From the NCBI RefSeq assembly GCF_009914755.1, contig NC_060928.1: 64,000 nt of DNA, one strand, 5' to 3'. The notes under the pieces were generated by a model. The model was not told the DNA's origin. It made no database searches and worked only from the letters and a program-made list of their open reading frames with translations. Source of the stretch: the human T2T-CHM13v2.0 reference genome, Homo sapiens. A program made the translations under genes and the position numbers. Each line of letters starts with the position of its first letter. Positions within the stretch are counted from its first letter, which is position 1. This document shows, piece by piece, positions 44,781 through 60,282 of this stretch.

Positions 44781-45868
44781 TATTTTCAATTTCTGTGTAT
44801 TATTTGGGCATGGCCTAGCTGGTCTAAAACCCCAGTCAAAAGAAAGCTTTAACAATCTAAGCTTTGAAGTCCTCTAAAAAATGAACAAAAATGATGAAAA
44901 GGCCAGAGTAACTACTTTCCTATATTTTTACTGATTTGTATTGTTAAAAATTTCAAAGTAGACCTGCATTACTTTATGATAAAGGGGAAACCCATTAAAT
45001 TTACTTGATTTTTTTAAAAAACAGGTGTTAGTAGTAAAGGACTGCTAATGCTAATCTAGCCCTCTGGATGTCTGTCAAACTGCCCTGGATTCAGAGAAGT
45101 GTTCTGGGCTCTTACTTGGTGGTGGAGTGCACAGTGGGAAGAGGATCTGTCTTCTTTCTTGCCGATCCTGGTTCAGGCCTTTTTGAAGAGTTGCAAAGGC
45201 GTAAGGCGTGAGGTTACCTGGGGGCATGATCACAGTCCTCTTGGCTGTGTCTTTTTGGCATACAAAATAACTCCAGTGAGTGATGCTTAAAAATACTTGG
45301 TTAGGAAATTTTATCTCCAAATTTAAAATTGTTCTTGATGTTAAATATGGTGCCTAATAACTAGTATTTATTTGCATGGCACATCTAGTACCCCATTTAT
45401 ATTAGTGATTAATTTCTCGTTAAGTAAGATCTTAGGTTAAAGAATAAACTTTTTAAAAGATTATTTTATCTAGAGCTTTCTTGAAGGAAGTAATTAAGCA
45501 GTAGCAGTAATGATGCTGTTAAAACAATGAACAGTAAAGTCATTTAGACTGATTCTGAAGTCATATTGAGATTTGTGTTAATTGGCCAATTGTGGCATGC
45601 AAAAAGTTCCTAAATATGGTCCTTGTGAACTGAATAATCATCAAAGGTTAGTGATGATTCTGCAAAGGTAGCAAGATAATGCAAATATCATGAGTTTGGA
45701 TTCTGTTTAACCTAATTTATTTTATATATTGGAATGGATAAAAAGCCTTCTTTGAATCTGTAAGGCAGTTTTCAGACATCATCTCAAGATTTGAGGAAAT
45801 CAGTGGTTGAAACAGTCTCTGAAAATAAAGACAACTGTGAAAGGAGTAAAATTTTAAATGTGTGCATA

Positions 45869-45887
45869 TCGCCACCAAGTGGCAGAG
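45869..45887. promoter_or_regulatory. Candidate CTCF motif
   Basis: CGCCACCAAGTGGCAG, one mismatch to the CCASYAGRKGGC core on either strand. Confidence 0.4.
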
Positions 45888-45981
45888 AAAGTATTGTTTG
45901 TTATAGTTGATAGAGCTGCTAGGGAAGATGAGAAAATAAAGGCAACGTGTTTTATAGGATATCTTTTTATAGCAGCAGTTA

Positions 45982-46374
<393 letters not shown>

Positions 46375-46807
46375 TTATTCAATCACTAGATTTTTACGAA
46401 GTATGGGCAACAACTTGATTTGTTTGCCGTATTTTAGGGGATGATGATATTGGGATGTTTAAGGTATGATTTTATCAGCAATATAGAAATAATTTGAATG
46501 TTTAGATTATATTGGATTTGCTACTTCCATCATGGCTTTTTGAAATAATTTAGAGTTGACTTTTTTTTTTTAAAGACTCAGACTATTGAAAAGTCTTCAT
46601 TTTTCTTATATTTATTACATGATTGGAAAGCACTTTCAAGATAGAACCTTGGTCAGTGTTTTGAATAGAGAATTTTTTATCAACCTGATTTTTACCATTT
46701 CATGCATTTTGTCACAGTACTTTTGAGAAAACCAGCACTACTCATTCTTTTATCAGTTTAGCTCTCTTTATATTTTTCAGATGTGAAATTAAGAAGTACC
46801 ATTTATG

Positions 46808-47129
<322 letters not shown>

Positions 47130-47160
47130 TCATTGAGATTTGACTACTGTATTTGGCATA

Positions 47161-47635
47161 TAGGTTGCGCATTCCCAATCCAAAAATTCGAAGTGCTCCA
47201 AAATCTGAAAACCCCGAGTGCCAACATGACCCTGTAAGAGTCTTGCTCTGTCATCCAGGCTGGAGTACAGTGGCACTATCTTGGCTCGCTGCAACCCCAC
47301 CTACTGGGTTCAAGCGATTCTCATGCCTCAGCCTCCTGAGTAACTGGGACTACAGGCGTGCGCCACCATGCCTGGCTAATTTTTGTACTTTTAGTAGAGA
47401 CAGTGTTTTGCTATGTTGGCCGGTCTGGTCTTGAACTCCTGGCCTCAAGTGATCTGCCTGCCTCAGCCTCCCAAAGTGCTGGGATTATAGGCATGAGTCA
47501 CTGCACCCAGCCTGGAGCATTTTAGATTTGGGATGTTCAACCACTAAGTATAAATGCAAACAATCCAAGGTCTGGGGAAAAAAAATTCAAAACACTGTTG
47601 GTCCCAAGCATTTTAGATAAGGAATACACAACCTG
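47161..47635. mobile_element. Tigger4/Zombi-like TcMar DNA transposon split by an Alu
   Basis: Inverted termini aggttgcgcattcc ... ggaatacacaacctg flanked by TA; gtcccaagcattttagataagg. Confidence 0.8.
47237..47513 (-). mobile_element. Alu (AluS-type) lacking its tail
   Basis: Begins abruptly at agagtcttgctctg with no poly-T. Confidence 0.93.
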
Positions 47636-48059
47636 TACTAAAACACAGCTCTTTTGAGTTTTATAGCTGATACACCAATTTACTAAGGAGTCTTAACATC
47701 AATGTTCAATTAAAAAAAACAGGAGATGTGTTTCCAAAATTGATGCCTTCTCAACCTCCTGAGAGTGTGCCAACCTAGGTATTTGACTCTGTGCCATAGT
47801 AAGCATTGGGTAGCTCCCAGCATTAGAAGCCAGAAAGCTCCCCTTTGTAGACTTGAACTGAACCCACTCCAAAACTAGCCCAGCTAATCCAGGCTTCCCT
47901 CCAAATTTAGAGTGACCTGGAACTGGGCCCACTAACTTGGCTGTGACCTTTATATCCTTGGCCTCAGTGTAAGTATACAGGCATGAAAACTGCTCTTTTC
48001 TATTGGATTAGATAAATGTGAGAGGACTACAGAGACTTCCCTCCTCCCTCAGTTAAATC

Positions 48060-48555
48060 CGTAGGGCCTCCTTGGTCTACTTGTCCGCTACCTCTGGCTT
48101 CGCTGCCTGTTAATCCCCCTCTTGCTCTCTACTCCAGCCGCTCTGGTCTGTTGGTTGTTTCCCCACTGTTGGTCACAGTCCTTCCTATCTGAGAACCTTT
48201 GCACTGGCTCTTTCCTCTGTGGAAATGCTCTTGCCCCAGGTGTCCACATGGCTTTAGGTCGTGACTCAAAGTCACCTTCTTAAGGAAACTTTTCCTGACC
48301 ACCTTGGGCCGTCCCCATTTCAAGTACCCCTTGCCTGCTTTATTTTTTTCTCCCCATACTTATCACCAGCTAATGGAGTACATATGCATGTTATTTCACT
48401 CATTTATCTGTTTTTATTATCTCTCTCCTATTAGAGTGTAAGTTCCATGAGGAGAGGAATTTTGTCTAATTTTTTTGTTTATTTTTACTGCTATATCCCC
48501 AGTATCTGTTACACACTCAGGATATAATAAATAATTTGGAGAATTAATGAATATT
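48060..48555 (+). mobile_element. L2 3' region
   Basis: ctctactccagcc...cctttgcactggct...tagagtgtaagttccatgagg...ataaataatttgga. Confidence 0.8.
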
Positions 48556-49157
48556 AAATAAACCCAGCTTACTTCTTGTAAGTCATATGTAAATTGCCTC
48601 TAAAGTAGTCTGGTTAGGGTTGAGCAAAAAGTAGGTTCCATTAATATATTTTCAGTCAGTTCAGTAGATAATATTGTAGAGGCTGAGGGGGAAGCAAACA
48701 AGAAGTAGATACTACCACCTTCAGGAAGACCTGAGCACCAAATCCAGCCTGCTGGTGTCTGCTTGTGTGTGCACATATGCACATAAAGTTTTTTTCTTTT
48801 AGTCTGCACGTTGTTGGCCTACAGAGTGTTAATAAGTGTAAATTAGTTGCCAAATTTAAAAAAACAGTATTTCATATAAAATTTGATTTCAGTCATCTAT
48901 TGAACAATTGGAGGACGGGACCAACACTAGGCCTGCATGCCCATAGTTCAGCCACGTGAGTGTGAGTGGGTATATATACACTAGTGGCTGATTATCATTG
49001 CATTTAAGCTCTGGGTTTTCTTATACTAGGATTAAGAAAAGTAAGCCATTTTCTGTACTAATAACAGTACAAGAAGTGAGAATGACAATGGAGGCTGTGT
49101 GTTTCAAGAAAGAAGAGAAGGAAACTACTTCTTTGGGTAACTAAAGGATATTCCTAA

Positions 49158-49450
49158 TTTTTTTTTTTTTAAGACAGAGTCTCACTCTAACCCAAGCTGG
49201 AATGCAGCTGCACTATGACAGCTCACCACAGCCTTGACCTCCCAGGCTTAGTTGGTCCTCCCACCTCAGCCACCAGAGTAGCTGGGACTATAGGCGCCTG
49301 CCACCACGCCCACTAATTTTTGTATTTTTTGTAGACATGAGGTTTAGCCATGTTGCCCAGGCTGGTCTCAAACTCCTGGGCTCAAGCAGTCCGCCTGCCT
49401 CTGCCTCCCAAAGTGTTAGGATTACAGGTATGGGTCACCGCGCCCAGCCT
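49158..49450 (-). mobile_element. Alu (AluJ-type)
   Basis: TSD ggatattcct. Confidence 0.94.
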
Positions 49451-50414
49451 GGATATTCCTGTTTATTGTACACGCCGTTCACCCATTTATATTACTTATG
49501 TGGCTACTATAGTTAATTCGAGTTTTCAGGCCCTCTAGAGAGATATGGCATAGATGTTTTAAAGTGTGTACAAGTCAACATTATAATTGAGCAAAGGTGA
49601 ATTTACACCCTATATAAGGACTGGATTGATGGTCTGAACTATGTAAAATATGAGCCTTGAGCTAGGCTTTGCAATAGATAATATTTTTAATTGCTAAATA
49701 AAAGATTATAAGAAAATCATTCTCAGAAGAACTTGTGAAGGTGGTTTTTGACAACTAGCAAAACAAACCTGTCATATTCTGTGAGTTGAAAGAATACAGT
49801 GTATTGTTCTTTGAGCATGAGATATTTCTCAGATATCTACAGCGCACCAGGTGTTCCAAGTGTGTATAAAATTCAAAGATATATAAAACACAGCACTGCT
49901 CATAATCAGGAGATCCATGTATTTTTGGCTCTTTTGCTTAGTTTTATTAATATTTTGGATGTTTCTACTATGGACAATGCTCTAACACAATTTTCCAGGT
50001 TAATTACCACATTAAGTTAAATGCAGTATCCATAATAGTAATGTCACTCATTAATGATTGTGTCATTTTGAATAGGCCTTAATTAGTAATTACAGATTTT
50101 TGTGGTGGTTTATCGTGTTTTGTAATATGTTAGAGTACACTGGATTTGCTGAACTCTGGTAATTTAGAACTCTGAGCCATACAAAGAGAAGTTCTGTACT
50201 CTAAAAAGTATTTAATCTAACTGTATGCATAACTCCAATATTTTACCTGAACAGATTTAGTCATTGTGGAAGTCCCGATTTCTGTCCTGTGGGCATGATT
50301 ATTTGCATTACAAAAGGCTTCACCAAAATTTTTCATTGGGGAATAGGTGCATTTCAATATGATTTTGTATTCATAATGTTCAAGGAAAGGAAATGCTTTA
50401 TTGAATCTAATTGA

Positions 50415-50636
<222 letters not shown>

Positions 50637-51239
50637 TAGTTCACCAGAAAGGGGCACCATGGTACCAGAATGTAGTTTTCATATTCATTTTTGTGGTGGA
50701 GATTTTTTTCTTTAATAACTATTGGTAACAATTTCTTGAATATATAAACTAGGACCAAAAAACATGCCTCTCATAGCTTTGGTCTAGTCACTCATGAAGC
50801 TTACGCTGCTGACATTGGAAGGTGGCATGCAGTAAGCTTCCCCAGCTTGCAAGCAGTTTTAGCAGACTATAAATCAGATTTCTATTGGAAGCCAGTAATA
50901 AATTTAGGAGGCTGATTGCTCATCTTCTGTTTGACAGAGGTTTATCAACAAAAATACATTGTTCAGTAATGTTTTACTCTGCTATTTTAATCTTAGTTTT
51001 ATACTAGACACGATGATATATACATTGTGGAAAGCATTTATCTGGGTTATAACGATCATAAACGTTTACTTGACATCAGAGTGAAGCAGAGTGATACTGT
51101 AGACAAGAACAGCCACAGTTGGCTTTACTCAAATTTTAGTGCGTGGCAGGGGTTCTTCAATTAATTTTCTAGAGAAAACAATCTATCAGCTAGTTTTACT
51201 GATTATATTGTATGAATTTAGAAAGCAGTCAATCTAGAT

Positions 51240-51510
51240 CTTTTTTTTTCTTCCCCCGGGACAGGGTTTTTACTCTGTCACCCATGCAGAAATGCAATAG
51301 TGCAATCTTGGCTGACTGCAACCTCCACCTCACAAGTAGCGGGACCATAGGTGTGTGTCACTATGTCCAGCTAACTTTTTTGTATTTTTTTGTAGAGATG
51401 GGGTTTCGCCATGTTACCTAGGCTGGTCTTGAACTCCTGAGCTCAAGCAATCCATCCACCTCAGCCTCCCAAAGTGCTGGGATTACGGGTGTGTGCCACC
51501 GTGTCCAGCC
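51240..51510 (-). mobile_element. Alu (AluJ-type), internal deletion
   Basis: Reverse-complement body; acctccacctcacaagtag junction skips part of the right arm. Confidence 0.9.
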
Positions 51511-53944
51511 AATCTATACTTTTAGTATTGAAAGATAGTTTTTTATTCACTTAGAATTTAGCTATGGTTTTATTTTTCCTTGCTACTGTACTTTGGAAAA
51601 TGGTTAGTTCTGATCTCAATGACTAAACATCTTCTAAAATAGCGCATAAACAGCTGTTTCATTATTTGATACATCCTTGTTGAATATTTTAGTGTTTGCT
51701 ATGTTGTAGTTGGCACTAGGTATATGGGTTGGGAGTAGTGTTGGTGGAGGTGAGCTAGGGGATTTGTACTCTCAAATTGAATTTTAGTGATTTTACAGAT
51801 AGTACTACAGGTCTTAATGTCAACCTCCTTCAAATTTAGCTGTTTGTATGTCATTTATATCTTTATAGTTTTTGTAAGTAAGATTTGTTGACTATGTATT
51901 TTAAATTAGATTTGGGATAATACTTATTACAATAAAGATTGTTTCATCTTAAACCACTAAAACTATTTCTAAATTATGATCCCTGAGCTAAAGTAATGAA
52001 TATATTTAAGTGGTGGGTTGATCTAATAGATCTTAAGTCTTGTCTCATCTGTTTTCTTGTTACCTAGGAAGTCTCAGAGTTATATGTCTCCAGGCTTCAC
52101 ATGTAGACATTCAGTACTATGAATGAGTGGATCAGATAGGTAGTGAGAAGCCAGGGATTCTAGCTACCTGTGTGTATAACTGTTTAATCCTACTTCATTG
52201 CTCATTTTAACCAGTTCCAGCTTCCAGTAATTTTAAATGAGGTGATACCAAATAAACCAACCAGTAGTATCACTGCTTGCCTTTCGCAGCATTGTGGCTT
52301 AGTAGTGCCACATCCTAATTTTGTACCTTTAGGGGCTGCCTCAACATGGAGATCTTTCTGCTGTTTTTCATTATATCTTTCTTCAACTTCCACTAGTATA
52401 CCCTTTCCCCAAGGCCTAGAAACTGGCAGAAGAGGAATAGAATACCTGAGAGCTTGAGCATTTAACTAGTATTTAAAATACCTAGTAATAGGTTAGTACA
52501 ATGTCTGTAAGCCAAAATTATATGTTAATATTTAATTTTAAGGAAAAATTCTATTAGGGAAGTTTATGTAAAGCAAGACTGGTGAGAGTTAGTAGAAGGC
52601 ATCCCAGGCAGAAAAAAAAACAATATAATCATGTGCTTAGAGCATAAAGGTATAAGAACATGGTTTTGACCAAGGTAGGCAAAGATGTCCTGAGCAGCGG
52701 ATTCTGAGCTTCAGTGAGAGGCACTTTGCTCTTGTCTGCCTCACTTAAACTCCATTCGTGTAAGGAAATAGTCTGTTCATTGAGTGGTACAATTAGTTAT
52801 TGAGAAATATGGGATATTCATTTTGCAATTTTTGGTGTTTATACTTATTTTAAATATTCACTGCAACAAAATTCTAGTATATCTAGCCCTTTAAATTTAT
52901 GGTCATGACATTTGGCTGTATGTAGGTAATATGTTGGATCTTAGATTTTGTGTAATGTTTTTAATTTGTTAAAAAAATTTACATTTTTTATAGTCACAGC
53001 TAGGTAAGCTACGCAACAAGGATGACTTAGTTAACACTCTTGTGTTTTTCTTATTTTTAAACATCATATACTCTTGGTAACATTTTGTTTCTATAATTTA
53101 AACATTTCTGCAGTATCACTTTGCAGCATTAGATTTGGTATTTCTTCTTTCTTTCAGGGAAATGTCTTTTATTGCCTAAAGATCTTGTTTTCAAAGAGTA
53201 TTTCTAGAGAGATGATTATATGCCATTTTCTCTTCTAGAATTCCGTTAGCTAATTTAACCTTTTGCAATAGCAAGGCAAATGTAATTTTAGTTTTATTTG
53301 CTTATTTTCTATGAGTCAGTGACTTTTTCCTTCTTTTCTTAATGGAATTTGAGTAGTTTGTGGTCAGTGGCCTTATAGTTTTTTAAAACTAATAGTTCCC
53401 ATAAAATTATCTTGATTATGATTTTTGTGGATTCAAACTACTCATTGTAATTAGGGATATATTTCCTTTCTTTCCAAGGAGATATATGTGTGTTTGTTTT
53501 TTCCGAACAAAATGCAGTTCTTTTTGTGTAGGTCTTATGATCCAACCTTCTTGGTTCTTTTTTTCCGTTCTTGTTTGCCAATATGTCTTATTTATGCTGG
53601 ATTTCAGTATTTTCTCTTTCTGATATGGATCTTACCTTTTAATTTTAACACTCAAAAGCCATCTCAACATTTTTAAGCTTTCCCATTAGAATGTAATTAC
53701 CTTCATTTAGATATAAATTTCATTTTTGCTTCCCATGACTGTCTGCTTTAGTACATTGATACCCATTTTCATAGACCTCGTCTTATGTTGCAGAAGAATT
53801 TCATTGTTTAGGCTTAATTTGACCTTCAATGCTGTCTGTCACTTTTAAGAGTATGGCCGACCTATGGGTATAGCAGCTCACAGATGCCATCTCTGAGTGC
53901 GTTAGAGATCTTGGGTGCAAGGAGTGATGTGACTGCAAAGTACT

Positions 53945-54258
53945 GTTGTTTTTTGTTTCTTTATCTTTATTCATTTTGAGACAGGGTGCCACCGTGCCGC
54001 CCAGGCTGGAGTGCGGTGGTGGGATCACGGCCCATTACAACCTCTGCCTCCTGGGCTCAAGCGACCGTCCCACCTCAGCCTCCTGAGTAGCTGGGACTAC
54101 AGGCATGCACCACCATGCCTGGATAATTTTTGTGTTTTTCGTAGAGATGGGGTTTCACCATGTTGCTCAGGCTGGTCTCAAACTTCTGGACTTAAGCAGT
54201 CTGTCCACCTTGGCCTCCCAAAGTGCTGAGATTACAGGCATGAGCCACCACCCTGGCC
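53945..54258 (-). mobile_element. Alu (AluJ-type)
   Basis: Reverse-complement full body. Confidence 0.93.
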
Positions 54259-55509
54259 TGTTTTTATTTATTACTATGATTGGCTTTATCTTATTTTTGC
54301 CTTCTACAGAGCAAAACCTCTCAAAGCTTTTACCAAACTTTTGATTTTTAAAAACTTAGTTAAATGTATAATGTTCAAGATGGCATCTAAATTTTCTTAT
54401 ATAGCTTTGCTATGAGAAATACAATAAACTATTGCAGTAGTTTTGTCTGCTACCGAGGCTGTCTGTGAATAAAATTTTAAAGATAAAAACCTAGAAGTCA
54501 TTAACTGTTTCCTGAGTAGCATTTGCTCTGCTTTTTAAAAGGAAGATACAGGAGAGGCAGTTGAAGAAACTTGTTTAGCTTAATTTTAAAGTGGAATGTT
54601 GATCCTTTAAAAAATATAATTCGATACTTTAGATACTTATGCTGTGTTTCAGCATCATTTATCTTATCTGGAAAAGGACAATAATTTAGACCCCTCCCTG
54701 ATTCACAGGGATCAAGAGAATAGGAAAGATTTTAGAATTGTTATATATAATATAAGCAGTAGCATTTTGAAGGGTCTTTGCTGTTTGTAAAGTGCTATAT
54801 CTCTTTATCTTTTCAGTTATCAGAATTTAAATTCTGGTAAACTGACATAATGCCTTGAGCATTTTCTCTAGTACCTTTAAATTCAGTTCTTCTGGTGATA
54901 CATATGAATCGTCCTTTTGGGCAAAGTTAACCATTTTAAAAATAGTTCTTTAAAGTAATGCTTATATAATCTCTTTCTGGTTTAAGATATTTTATAATCA
55001 TCCAGTTTGTCTATCATTGTTTTCCTCAATCTTATAAGTGATTACTCTAGTGTTCAGCTATATAAAGAAAAATATTTTATGCACTATTTTGAGAAGAACT
55101 ACTGCTAAAATCTTTTACATAATTTCTTGAATTCTGATAGCTTTATTATTATTTTTTTTTGGAGAAAGTCATTGATTTTTTTTAACTGTAAAATTTATTT
55201 TAAAAGTTACTGCTGTAACGTTGAGTGATAATTCCATGATACAGTTGTAGAGCTATGTAAAACAAGAAAAGGCTGTTTTTTTAAATGGTCTTTTAAAGAG
55301 GATACAATAGATGACAATGTTTGTGTTCTACAGACTTTATAAGGAAGACTTTGTACTTTTCCGAAATCAATTTCAGTAATTTTTATAGTTGATAATTTTT
55401 AGAGTTGGTTTTATCAGCTATCCCTTGGAATTGTTTTACTTATTACTTAAACCATGGCCATTCTGAGTTTTAGGTACTACATAAACAAACAAGGTTTTGC
55501 TGCTGTTAA

Positions 55510-55743
<234 letters not shown>

Positions 55744-55882
55744 TGAATTAATAAGACAGACTCTTTTTTAAATTAAAAATTGCCTTTTCAATAGCCAATT
55801 AATTCTTTACTAATATTTTTGTGGCCCTCTTTATTGTCTCTCTTTTTTTAATCGTAAATCGACAATATGTGGTCTAATGAAG

Positions 55883-56105
55883 CAGTTCTTAACCAGAGTT
55901 GGTTCCTTAATGCTCCCAGGGACATTCTGGGGAAATGGGAGATTTTCTCCTTCTGTTGTTACAGTGACTGGAGGGGGTGATGTTGGCTTTGGGTGTCTTG
56001 AGCCTGTGGTGCTGAATTGAATGTCCTGCAGTGTCCAAGGTAGTTCCCATTCCACAAAGAATTGATCTACCCACAATGTCAACAAGTACCCCTTTGAAAA
56101 ACGCT
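55883..56105. mobile_element. MER20-like DNA transposon
   Basis: cagttcttaacc...cccagggacatt...caaagaattgatct...aatgtcaa...tgaaaaac. Confidence 0.65.
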
Positions 56106-56254
56106 ACCAACTAAATGGGCTTTGGCAGGCCTTCCTGAGAATCTAAACACAATTTTTAATGTGGTTGCTCTGGCAGAGACTGCTGTCTCATCAGCCTATT
56201 TTTAGACTACCAAACAAGTATGTTTGAATTATAAATTTAACCTCCACACCCATT

Positions 56255-58085
56255 TTTCTTTTTTTAACTTTTTATTATGGAGACTTTTCTTTTTTTTTTT
56301 GAGATGGACTCTTACTCTGTCGCCCAGGCTGGAGTGCAGTGGCAGGATCTCAGCTCACTGCAACCTCCACCTCCCGGGTTCAACCAATCCTCCCTGCCTC
56401 AGCCTCCTGAGTAGCTGGGATTACAGGTGCCCACCATCACGCCCGGCTGATTTTGTATTTTTTAGTAGAGATGAGGTTTCGCCATTTGGCCAGGCTGGTC
56501 TTGAACTCCTGACCTCAGGTGATCCACCCACCTCGACCTCCCAAAGTGTTGGGATTGCAGGCGTGAGCCACCATGCCTGGCTGAGACTTTCAAATTTATA
56601 TAAAAGGGAGAAATTAGCCACCCAGCCTCAACAGGTTTTATCAATTCTGTTTCATTATCTCCATCACCACCAACACCTCTTCGTCTTCTAATTGCTGGAG
56701 TATTTTAATGTAAATCTCATCCTATCCTTTCAACCAAAATTTCTGCAATAGTGACTAATACATGCCCTTTTTTTTGAAACATCATTATACCTAACAGTTG
56801 ACAGCAGCTCTTAAGTGTCATCTAATATCCTATTTCATGTACAGATTTATCAGATTGACCCAGAATGTCTTTTTATAGTTTTTTTGCTTTGTTTTGTTTT
56901 ACAGTGGTTTGTTCAAACATGGATTCAGATAAGGTCCACACATTTTAGTCTGTAATAGTTTCTTCTCACCCTCTCTCACCTTTGTTTTCCTTCTATGTCA
57001 TTTATTTGTTGAAGAAACTGGATCATTTTTCCTGTTGTGGAATTCCATATTCTGGGTTTGGCTGATTATATGTTTCTCTGTCTCTCTTACTTTCCGTGAA
57101 CTGGTGGTTAGACATAAAGACTTTCAGAACTGATTGGTAAGATATACATTTATTTCCATTGGATTGGAAGTCATAATATCTGATTATCCCCTTTTTTTTT
57201 TTGGTCATGTTGAGATTGATTATAGTAGTTCAGCTGTTGTAAGTCTATTCCACCCATAAAGTTCCTCAGCAAACTTTAACCTAATGGTTTTAATAGTCAT
57301 TGATGATGTTTAAATCCATTTCATTAAATGCTGCAAAATGGTGATATTCTAATTTTTTAAATTCTAACTTCTGCATTCGTTAGCTGGAGTTTTTTCTACA
57401 AAGAGGGACTTTGCCATATCAGCTATTTGCTTCAATTGTAATATGTAATGAAAAGGCAGGATTAGGTGCTTGTTTACTCATTTGCAGAATAATAACATTC
57501 CTTGAAAGTGACCAGTGGGGTTTTAGGGTTTTTGTTTTGTTTGCTTTCTTTTCATTTTGTTTTATTATGAGATCATGGTTTTTGTTGTGGTTGTTGTTAT
57601 TGTTGTTGTTTTGTATTGGTTATATTTTAGTCCACTCAGTCCACTAATATCACTTAGTTTTTATTACGGAAAAATTTCAAACACTCTCAAGTAGACAGAG
57701 TTGCACCATACAGTGAAACCTCTTATGTTCATTCTCTAACGTCAACAGTGATCTTAACATTCAACCAATCTTATCTTCATCTATACCTGTACTCCAGCCC
57801 CACTTTCTTCTGCCCTTATTTTAGTTTGATGCATATCCAATCAGTGTTCAAATTTAAAATGGTCTAAAATATTTTAAAAATCAGATTGCTTGAATCAAAA
57901 TTCAGATCTACCACTTAGTACAGTTTATATTGTGATATGTCCTTGAGTATAATCTATGGACACCCCCTCAACTCTTGCAATTTATTTAAGTAAGTTGAAA
58001 CATTTAGTCACTAGAGATTTCCACGTACTAGATTTTGCTGATTTCATTTATTTGGTATAGTTTAATGTATTTTCTGTAAATTGGT
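56255..58085 (-). mobile_element. Old L1M (L1MC/ME-type) 3'UTR fragments
   Basis: tttgttgaagaaactggatcattt and ttattacggaaaaatttcaaacac motifs; two similar fragments. Confidence 0.65.
56286..56581 (-). mobile_element. Alu (AluSx-like)
   Basis: TSD gagacttt; explains ORF 56224-56691. Confidence 0.95.
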
Positions 58086-58094
58086 AGAGTCAAA

Positions 58095-58480
58095 AAGAAA
58101 TAGAGCGTGGGCCTAGTTGGAAAGACAGATTTCATTCAGTACTATTGCAATAGGGGAAAATAGAACCAAGTTCCATTTCAGAATACAACAAAGACACTTG
58201 GGGATGAAGCAGAGTGAGAGGGTCAATGGATGGAAACTTTCTAAAAGGAGACATCAAAGGTAGAAGGTTTCTTTCTGACCTGACTTAGGATTCCTGCTAA
58301 AGGCAGGCCAAGGTGATCATAGATCCAGAGTGGGAGATAGTTTAGGAGGATTCTTACTATATATAACTGAGCTAAACAGACTGATGACGGGGCTCAAGGA
58401 CAAATACTAGTTGATTGCTCAGAGCAGCCTGCTTAAAAGTATGGTCAAGGAGAGAATCTTTAGTGTAGAATGGTGATCAG
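58095..58480. mobile_element. Possible old ERV LTR fragment
   Basis: Purine-rich block with ctattgcaatagggg and aggattcctgctaaa resembling ERV LTRs; family not identified. Confidence 0.35.
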
Positions 58481-59214
58481 ATTTAAGTTTGTTGTCCTTT
58501 GGTTCTTGTTTTCTTTCTGAAAAGCAAGACCTGCTTCAAAGGTGGTGGTGTGCTCTCTTGCACTGGGAGGTATATTATGTCTTGTATTCAGGCTATTTGC
58601 ATTTCAGATTACACAGTTTTATGTAACTGCTTTAACTTTGTGTTTGTACTGAATATTAGTTTCTTGATGGCAGAGAACATATTTCACTTTCAGAATGTTT
58701 TTCTGCTTACATGGATTTATTTTCAAGAAATTTCATACAATACTTTATTTAGAAGAAAGCAGAATTTTCTGAAATCACAGTATGCAGAGGCATTTACCAT
58801 CAACTCTGACAAACATCCTTCTGGTCCCTTTTCTATGCATGTATTCTGTGGAATTGGATGCAAACACATATTAAAAATATATACATTTGCCTAATGGAAC
58901 CACAGCATACAGAGTATTTTATAGTCTGCTTTTCCATTCAGTGATATTCCAGGAAAATATTTTCTTATCAGTGTGTTTAGATACACATCCTTTCAATAGG
59001 TCATCATTTAAATTTCTACTGTCTAACATTATTTTAAAAGTAAGTTTTTCTCTAATAATCAGCACCACATTAAACATACTGTGTAGCTTTCACTTTAAAA
59101 TTATTTTTATGGACATTTGATATCATTAGCTTGACATTATTAATAACAGTTACCTTGACTTTTTGATATCATCTGTACTGTCTTGGAAAGTGAAAATATT
59201 TGTCAAACTGTTAA

Positions 59215-59493
<279 letters not shown>

Positions 59494-59587
59494 TGAAATT
59501 GTTAAAATCTTTTGATGAGATACATGGATATATTAAGTTTTGTCATTTGCCTAATCATAAAATAAATTTAAAAAGATGACAATTTGA

Positions 59588-59758
<171 letters not shown>

Positions 59759-60009
59759 TAAAAATTAATTTCTTAAACAGGAAAATCACAACATTCAAAT
59801 GGAAAAACACACCTCAGTTTTATGCTTTTTAATTTTAAAAGGTATGTTAGTAATCAGTGCTGTTTATAATTGACAGTTATGCTCTACCTTATTTCAGAAA
59901 TGCTTTAAGGTAATAGCCAGTTTTTACAAGTACATTCTTAATGATTTTTTCTTAAATGATTTCCAATATATTTTGGTGGCAATTTCCTTTTTGGCTGTTT
60001 ATCTGAAGA

Positions 60010-60028
60010 TGTTCAGTAGAGGGCACTA
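60010..60028 (+). promoter_or_regulatory. Candidate CTCF motif
   Basis: TGTTCAGTAGAGGGCACTA aligns well to the CTCF consensus TGGCCACCAGGGGGCGCTA. Confidence 0.5.
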
Positions 60029-60282
60029 TAAATTACATTTCTTTTCTTTACTAATGCGGATAAACCGTATTCATTTTTTTGTGGTACCTGCCATATCCCA
60101 ATGTAGGACCAAGTTTGCAAACAGAAGACATTCTTATTTCTTTTGAAATATAAGCGTAATTTTTGTTAGCTTACTCTCTCACAAGAAGATAGATTTATTA
60201 AAACTGAAATAAAATTGGTATTTCTAACTGGGAGCAGGGCATAGGATTTAGGGCTTTTGTTCAATAGAAGACATTGAAACTC

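Noticed and set aside
46760-46790. Acceptor-like ctctctttatatttttcAG
   Set aside because: No convincing downstream donor; runs into a sense AluY.
56224-56691. Longest ORF in the track (155 aa) and similar LECSG.../FKRFSCLSL ORFs
   Set aside because: Translations of antisense Alu sequence.
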